The notes under the pieces: model-generated
Told to the model about the DNA's origin: nothing
The model's input: only the letters and a program-made list of their open reading frames with translations
Database searches by the model: none
In this document: positions 58,347 to 64,000 of the stretch, piece after piece
How positions within the stretch are numbered: the first letter of the stretch is position 1
Layout: each line of letters starts with the position of its first letter
Assembly (NCBI GenBank): GCA_963813025.1
Contig: CAWEXO010000013.1
Location: 480,001-544,000 of the forward strand
Source: an uncultured Verrucomicrobiae bacterium
GTDB taxonomy: Bacteria; Verrucomicrobiota; Verrucomicrobiia; Chthoniobacterales; JAFAMB01
Reading direction: 5' to 3'
DNA length: 64,000 nucleotides
Made by a program: the position numbers and the translations under genes

Positions 58347-59513
58347 CTATAAGTGCTTGCTGTTGCGTGCCCTGCACCCCTGTCCAGCAGAGCTCATTTC
58401 CTCGGATAGAGTATTCAGCTCGGAACTCTGTCCCGTCGCTTCGTTGTTATGAATGAAATCTTCGGTTAACCGTCTCGCTTCGTCATCGGTGAATTGGACT
58501 GGCGGAGATTTCATGAAATAACCGGCGGGGCCAATCAAGGGGCCTCCAATCCCTCGATCCAGAGCGAGTTTCGCGCAGCGAATCGCGTCGATGACTACCC
58601 CGGCTGAATTAGGCGAGTCCCAGACCTCCAGCTTGATTTCGCAAGAAATCGGCGAATCACCGAATCCACAGCCCTCCAGGCGAATGTGACAGAACTTGCG
58701 ATCTTCCAGCCATTCAACATAGTCGCTGGGCCCAACATGGATCGATGACTCCGGCATCTTGCGGCCGATCTGGCTGGTGACCGCGTTAGTTTTCGATATT
58801 TTCTTCGAGATCAGGCGATCCCGCTCCAGCATGTTCAGAAAATCGGTGTTTCCACCAAAGTTAAGTTGGTATGTGCGGTCGAGCCGAACGCCACGGCGGC
58901 GGAAAAGATCAACCATAAGCCGATGCACAATCGTCGCACCGACTTGCGATTTGATGTCATCGCCGACGATGGGAAGTCGTTTGCGGAGGAACAGACGCTG
59001 CCACTCCAAAGTCGATGCTAGAAATACCGGCATACAGTTTACCAAAGCGCAACCGGCCTCAAGACACTGCTCGGCATACCAGCGAACCGCTTTTTCCGAA
59101 CCGACCGGCAGATAACAAAGGGCAACCTCAGTGCCGCTTTCCCGAAGCATGGTTGCCACGTTAACCGGTGGACGCGAATCGATCGAAATCATCGGCTGCG
59201 TGAAACGGCCTACTCCGTCCAGCAAATTACCTTGCTGCACGATCACCTTGGTCTCCGCTACTTCGGAAAATCGGCGAGTGTTGTTCGGTGGTGCAAAGAT
59301 GGCCTGAGACAAATCCACCCCAACTTTGCGGCTATCGATATCGAAGGCCGCGCTAAATTCGATGTCCCGCGGCAGATACCCACCGAGGTCGGCATGCATT
59401 AGCCCAACAACTGCATCGCCTGCTGTGATTTCGCGATAATAACTGATCCCCTGCACCAGGGCCGAGGCGCAATTACCGACTCCGAAAATCGCTGTTCTTA
59501 TTTTCTTGTTCAT
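58347..59513 (-). CDS. ino1: myo-inositol-1-phosphate (inositol-3-phosphate) synthase
   Basis: [47 protein letters not shown]. Confidence 0.95.
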   Translation of the reverse strand: MNKKIRTAIFGVGNCASALVQGISYYREITAGDAVVGLMHADLGGYLPRDIEFSAAFDIDSRKVGVDLSQAIFAPPNNTRRFSEVAETKVIVQQGNLLDGVGRFTQPMISIDSRPPVNVATMLRESGTEVALCYLPVGSEKAVRWYAEQCLEAGCALVNCMPVFLASTLEWQRLFLRKRLPIVGDDIKSQVGATIVHRLMVDLFRRRGVRLDRTYQLNFGGNTDFLNMLERDRLISKKISKTNAVTSQIGRKMPESSIHVGPSDYVEWLEDRKFCHIRLEGCGFGDSPISCEIKLEVWDSPNSAGVVIDAIRCAKLALDRGIGGPLIGPAGYFMKSPPVQFTDDEARRLTEDFIHNNEATGQSSELNTLSEEMSSAGQGCRARNSKHL

Positions 59514-59531
59514 GGTCAATTACGTTCTTTT

Positions 59532-60608
59532 CTACCGCCTCTTGCGGTGTTCTTTACTGACGAGGCGCTCAAGTTTTTGCACTCGGTGAATGGCCGTGTG
59601 TGCGCCGAGAACTCGGTGGCGAGCGCGAAGCGCCAGCGCCGCCCGCTCTGTTTCCGGAAATTCCTCCAGGATCTCTCGCAATTCCTGCGTATTCTGAGCC
59701 ACCAGGATCTCCTTTCCGGGCTCGAAGAATTCATCCATACCGTCCCATGGATCCGAAATAATCGCGGTGCCGCAGGCGGCCGCCTCAAAGAGCCGGGTGC
59801 TCGGCGAATATCCGTTGGTCGCCATCGCCCTCCTCGTGAGGTTGAGCGTGAATCGCTGACGACCATAAAAAGCCCGGTGATTTGCCGGCGCAACGTGTTC
59901 CAGGCGGGCAACATTTCGCGGCCAGCGGATTGTTGCCGGATACATCGGACCAGCGACGACGAAATTTCTGGTTGGCATCGCGCGGGCCGTGCAATTCAGC
60001 AAGGTTTCCAACTTCGGCTGACGTTCTGCGCTATAGGTCCCGAGATAGCCCAGCTCCCAATCGAAGTGACTTGGACAAGGAAAATGAACTTCTGGGTCAA
60101 CTGTACACCAGAAAGAAATCGGATTCTGTACGCGATACCGCTTGGCGAGCTTGTCCAGGACGGCGCCCCCGGCGAATGAAAAATAGTAGTCGAATTCCGG
60201 CAAGAGCTCGGCCGAGATGTATTCCTCATCGCCCGCCTCGAGTTTCTCGACGGTCACCGGAGTGTCGAGATCGTAAAAGATCCGAACAGCTTGTGCAGCA
60301 TTGGTCAGAAGCCAGCGGGCCACCTCTACGCCTTGCGGAACAAACGACCCGAGAATGACACAATCGGCGATGCGCATCTCGTCGGTATAACGATCTCGAA
60401 GTTCCGTGAGGTCCTGATAAAGGTGCACGGAGCCAAGTTCGTGACCAGCAAGATAATCCCGGAAAGGTCTGTACCACAAAGTATCGCGTTCCAGAAATAG
60501 AACGCGATGTCCCCGGCGGGTGAGAGCACGGGCAAGTGCCCGATAACTGACGGCATGTCCGTTCCCCCACGATGACGTGATTGATAAACCGCAGATAATT
60601 ACCTTCAT
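59532..60608 (-). CDS. CgeB-family glycosyltransferase
   Basis: SSWGNGHAVSYRAL, FYDLDTP, GYLGTYS, SPSTRLFEAAAC. Confidence 0.9.
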   Translation of the reverse strand: MKVIICGLSITSSWGNGHAVSYRALARALTRRGHRVLFLERDTLWYRPFRDYLAGHELGSVHLYQDLTELRDRYTDEMRIADCVILGSFVPQGVEVARWLLTNAAQAVRIFYDLDTPVTVEKLEAGDEEYISAELLPEFDYYFSFAGGAVLDKLAKRYRVQNPISFWCTVDPEVHFPCPSHFDWELGYLGTYSAERQPKLETLLNCTARAMPTRNFVVAGPMYPATIRWPRNVARLEHVAPANHRAFYGRQRFTLNLTRRAMATNGYSPSTRLFEAAACGTAIISDPWDGMDEFFEPGKEILVAQNTQELREILEEFPETERAALALRARHRVLGAHTAIHRVQKLERLVSKEHRKRR

Positions 60609-61678
60609 CAACTGGATGCGAAAGCAAAGATCGACTCAAACTGTGCTGCGCGCTTCTGGTAGGTATGGTCTCGGAGACACCGCCGGCGGCCTGCCGCCCC
60701 AATTCTGCGAGCTCGCGCCAAGGTAAGTTCGCGTGCGATTTTCACAACATCCTCGCCATTCTCGGCCACCAGGATCTCCCTGCCCGGTTCGAAGAAATCG
60801 GCAATACCGGTCCAAGAGTCCGTGATCAGGCAAGCGCCCGTTCCGGTCGCTTCGAATACGCGGGTCGCGGGCGAAAAACCATAATCCGCCATGCTGCTTC
60901 GGCAGATATTCAGCACGGCCAATGCGCTGCAGTAGAAGCTATTGTGGTCGCGTGTCCCGAGGTGTCCAATATAATTTACGTTGCCAGGAATCGATTTGTC
61001 GCCCCAACCATTGCCGGCCAGAAGAAAACGTCGATTGGGCAAAGCTTTCGCCGGCTTGAGAAAGAACTCTTCCACTCGCATCTCCCGGTCGGGCAAGCGA
61101 TTGCCTAAAAAACTCATGTCCGCCTGGTAAGCTGGTTTAGCCTGTGCGGGAAAATGTGTCGACGGATCCAGGCCGTTGTAGATTGGATAACATTCTTTGG
61201 CACCGAACGCCTTATAACCGGTGATGACCGGATCTCCTCCCCCGTAGGTTAAAATCAGATCAAACTGCGGAACCAACTTGCGAAAGGGATCTTGCTGGTT
61301 GTCGCGCAAGCGATCCAGGGTCGAAGGCGCGTCTACGTCCCAGAAAGCAACCAGAAGGGAGCTTCTCTTTGCCTGGATCACTGCCTGTTCCAAATATTCA
61401 TCGAGAGCGCCCACCCCGCTCGTCTTAATCAATAAGTCAGAGGCGGAAGCTTCTTCGATCAGACGATCTACTTCCTCGGGGATGGGTCGGTAAATGACGA
61501 CTTTCGCCCATTCCGGCGGCTCAATGTCAACATGCGCGTGTCGATCGTAAGCCGTCGGTTCATAAAACGTGATGTCATGCCCGTTTAGATGGAGAGCTTT
61601 CACCATCCCGCGGTAATAGGTCGCTGCTCCATTCCAGTAGGAGGAAAGAATGCTAGAGCCAAAAATCGAAATTCTCAT
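60608..61678 (-). CDS. CgeB-family glycosyltransferase
   Basis: SSYWNGAATYYRG, FWDVDAP, FLGNRLPDRE, SPATRVFEA. Confidence 0.9.
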   Translation of the reverse strand: MRISIFGSSILSSYWNGAATYYRGMVKALHLNGHDITFYEPTAYDRHAHVDIEPPEWAKVVIYRPIPEEVDRLIEEASASDLLIKTSGVGALDEYLEQAVIQAKRSSLLVAFWDVDAPSTLDRLRDNQQDPFRKLVPQFDLILTYGGGDPVITGYKAFGAKECYPIYNGLDPSTHFPAQAKPAYQADMSFLGNRLPDREMRVEEFFLKPAKALPNRRFLLAGNGWGDKSIPGNVNYIGHLGTRDHNSFYCSALAVLNICRSSMADYGFSPATRVFEATGTGACLITDSWTGIADFFEPGREILVAENGEDVVKIARELTLARARRIGAAGRRRCLRDHTYQKRAAQFESIFAFASS

Positions 61679-62805
61679 GCGAGCGACGCCATGATGGGAG
61701 CTACTTCTGTTTTCTGACACATCGCCGCATATAACTCAGCGTATCGTTTGCACATTCGTTCCATGCTAAAACCCAATGCGCGACGGCGAGCTCGCTCCGC
61801 CAGTTTTCGCAGAGCGATTTTGTCCGCCGAAAGGCGGTTAATCGCCGTTGACCATTCATCTTTGTTGTTCGCTTCGACAAAAATCGCCGCGTTATTCCAA
61901 ATCTCTCTTAGCGAGGGCAGATCGCTCAGGACGAGCGCGCAACGGCAAAGAGCGGCCTCGAGGATGGCCAGGCCAAAAGGTTCGTAGAGAACCGGCGCTG
62001 CATATATCGCCGCTTGACTAAGAATTTCCAGCACCGCGGAAGGCACGAGACGACCGAGGACACGCAATGACTTCGCGGTGCGTCCGGATCGGTCGGGTCC
62101 ATCATGTGGTCCAATAACGACAATCGGCCAGTTGATCTGGGAGGAAATCTTCTCCAGAAGCCCGATTCCTTTCGCTTCGTCCCAGAACCTCCCGACCGAG
62201 ACAATCTCCGGCACCTTGGTTGTTCTGACAGCGCTGCGACAGGAACGGCCATTTGGAATCACGGATCCCTGACCGCTCCACCCATAGTGCTGCCGGAGAG
62301 AGTGAAGCATCGCGCCGGAAGGCGTCACGACCGCGGTGGCCGCAGATAATCCATTGCTCACTCTCCGACGATACTCGTTGTATTTGCCGGGCGCCGGCTC
62401 GCCTTTCACCGCTTGCCACCAGGAAAGGATACACGAATGACCGGCAGCCAGGGTAGGTCGCTGCCAATCGGCTGCCGCATAGCTGTATCCGTTGAAGTGC
62501 AGGAGTGCGGCGTCGATACTCTCAGCCAGATCTCGAAGCCATTCGATGGCGGCTTCGACATCCGTCCAGGGATCCTCCATCCATTCAAGTTTGAACGAGC
62601 CGACCGTATGCCTGATTTGCTCGGCTTCCAGCTCACCCCTTTGTGCCGGGCTTGGCTCGGGGCCAAGAATTGCCAGATGCACTTCAAAACCATGTTCTCG
62701 TAGCCCACGCGCAAGATCCAGAGCGTAGGTCCAGATCCCTCCAACGCAGTCGCAGGTCATCAAGATCCGGTTCCTTCCTGACGTATTGTTCAAGCGATCA
62801 GGCAT
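61675..62805 (-). CDS. Glycosyltransferase family 4
   Basis: DCVGGIWTY, GRFWDEAKG, YEPFGLAILEAA. Confidence 0.92.
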   Translation of the reverse strand: MPDRLNNTSGRNRILMTCDCVGGIWTYALDLARGLREHGFEVHLAILGPEPSPAQRGELEAEQIRHTVGSFKLEWMEDPWTDVEAAIEWLRDLAESIDAALLHFNGYSYAAADWQRPTLAAGHSCILSWWQAVKGEPAPGKYNEYRRRVSNGLSAATAVVTPSGAMLHSLRQHYGWSGQGSVIPNGRSCRSAVRTTKVPEIVSVGRFWDEAKGIGLLEKISSQINWPIVVIGPHDGPDRSGRTAKSLRVLGRLVPSAVLEILSQAAIYAAPVLYEPFGLAILEAALCRCALVLSDLPSLREIWNNAAIFVEANNKDEWSTAINRLSADKIALRKLAERARRRALGFSMERMCKRYAELYAAMCQKTEVAPIMASLA

Positions 62806-62831
62806 GCTCCTCCGCGCCGCGAATGGCGATT

Positions 62832-63950
62832 TCAGGCTGACAGTCCTCGGCTCATCAACTCATGACAAGCTTGCTGGACAAGGTCTTCCGCAGATTGTGC
62901 TTCGAGCCAGCTCACCATTTCTTTCAACCCTGCCTCCAAAGAAAAACGGGGTTTGAACCCTAGAATCCGGCGGCTTCGAGCAATGTCGGCGTAACAGTGG
63001 CGGATATCCCCCACTCGGTAACGACCAGTTATTTCCGGTTCGAGATTCTCACGACCAAGGAAGCGTGACATCTCGCGGGCCAGTTGTCCGATCGTATGAT
63101 GTTTGCCGCTGCCAATGTTAAACACACTTCCGCTGGAATCCGTACTTTCCAGGGCCAATCGGCATGCCAGCGCGACGTCTTTGACATAGACAAAATCGCG
63201 TCTCTGCCGACCGTCTTCGTTCACAAGGGGGGACCGATTATTCAGGATTCGAGAGGAAAAGATGGCCAATACGCCGGTATATGGATTGGACAACGCTTGC
63301 CGGGTTCCGTATACATTGAAGAAGCGTAATCCGATGGTCGGAACTCCATAGACCGGACCCGTCGACAAACAAAGGCGCTCCTGATAGTACTTGGAAAGAG
63401 CGTACACAGAAGGAACAGACGGGCTCTTTGTCTCCGGTGTAGGCATCGGCTCCAATTGCTCCCCGTTGGGGCCGCGCAGATCCCATTCGCGCCGTTTCAG
63501 TTGATCGAGCTTTCGTTCGGCTAAACCGTAGATTTCTCCGGTGCTGCTGCGGTAAAGACCTTCGCCGTACACACTCATGCTCGAAGCGACGATCAATTTG
63601 GCGACGGGTCGCCTGGCCAGCAATTCGAGCAGCCTTGCCGTGCCTAAACAATTAGCGTCTGAGTAACTCGCAATCTGGTACATGCTTTGCCCGACACCGA
63701 CCGACGCCGCCAGATGAAAGACAGCGTCTACCCCTTCCAAAGCGCGAGCTAGCAGTCTTTCGTCCCGGATATCGCCTACCATCAGTTCGACATCATCGTT
63801 CAAATAAGCCGGCCGTCCTCGCCCGCTGCCGTGCACTTGTGGCAGCAGCGAATCGATCGCCCGCACCCGGTATCCCTGGACTAACAATTCGTCCGCTAGA
63901 TGAGAACCGATGAATCCCGCACCGCCAGTGATCAAAATCGTACTGAACAT
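62832..63950 (-). CDS. NAD-dependent epimerase/dehydratase (extended SDR)
   Basis: TGGAGFIGSH, HLAASVGVGQS, YALSK, LRFFNVYG, RDFVYV. Confidence 0.94.
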   Translation of the reverse strand: MFSTILITGGAGFIGSHLADELLVQGYRVRAIDSLLPQVHGSGRGRPAYLNDDVELMVGDIRDERLLARALEGVDAVFHLAASVGVGQSMYQIASYSDANCLGTARLLELLARRPVAKLIVASSMSVYGEGLYRSSTGEIYGLAERKLDQLKRREWDLRGPNGEQLEPMPTPETKSPSVPSVYALSKYYQERLCLSTGPVYGVPTIGLRFFNVYGTRQALSNPYTGVLAIFSSRILNNRSPLVNEDGRQRRDFVYVKDVALACRLALESTDSSGSVFNIGSGKHHTIGQLAREMSRFLGRENLEPEITGRYRVGDIRHCYADIARSRRILGFKPRFSLEAGLKEMVSWLEAQSAEDLVQQACHELMSRGLSA

Positions 63951-64000
63951 GACAAAAAATGTGAAAAAGAGGTTGCCCCTTTTGACCGGAACGCAGAGGT

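Noticed and set aside
51445..59513. Mycothiol or bacillithiol biosynthesis
   Set aside because: No MshC/BshC-type cysteine ligase in the window; the extra CgeB GTs, methyltransferase and hydrolase do not fit

Overview
A 64-kb bacterial window of moderately high GC. Gene content and repeat style suggest a soil Verrucomicrobium; this is inference, as no marker gene is present. There are three blocks. (1) About 0.8-24.7 kb is a partly decayed surface-polysaccharide region: GT2/GT4 glycosyltransferases, a GH16 hydrolase, rfbB (pseudogene)-rfbA, a methyltransferase, a deacetylase pseudogene and a beta-barrel/export/Wzc module, with IS3, IS630, IS1634 and IS66 elements and duplicated gene stubs. 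(2) About 24.7-51 kb starts with mobile debris (an IS630 inside a resolvase relic, a large serine recombinase relic), followed by a general-stress-type gene set: glgP, a GMC dehydrogenase cluster, MgtC, DUF3008, DUF72, YciF-like, DUF4142, an L,D-transpeptidase, a TIR protein, SDR, NRAMP, a Cys-rich protein and ppa. (3) About 51.4-64 kb holds two convergent, intact operons separated by REP doublets: three CgeB-type and two GT4 glycosyltransferases, inositol-3-phosphate synthase, a PIG-L deacetylase, a GNAT, a nucleotidyltransferase, a methyltransferase, an epimerase and an apparently circularly permuted clan GH-A hydrolase. Block 3 is the best candidate for an uncharacterised inositol-glycoconjugate pathway. 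No rRNA, tRNA or CRISPR array was recognised. All family calls come from motif recognition by eye, not database searches.
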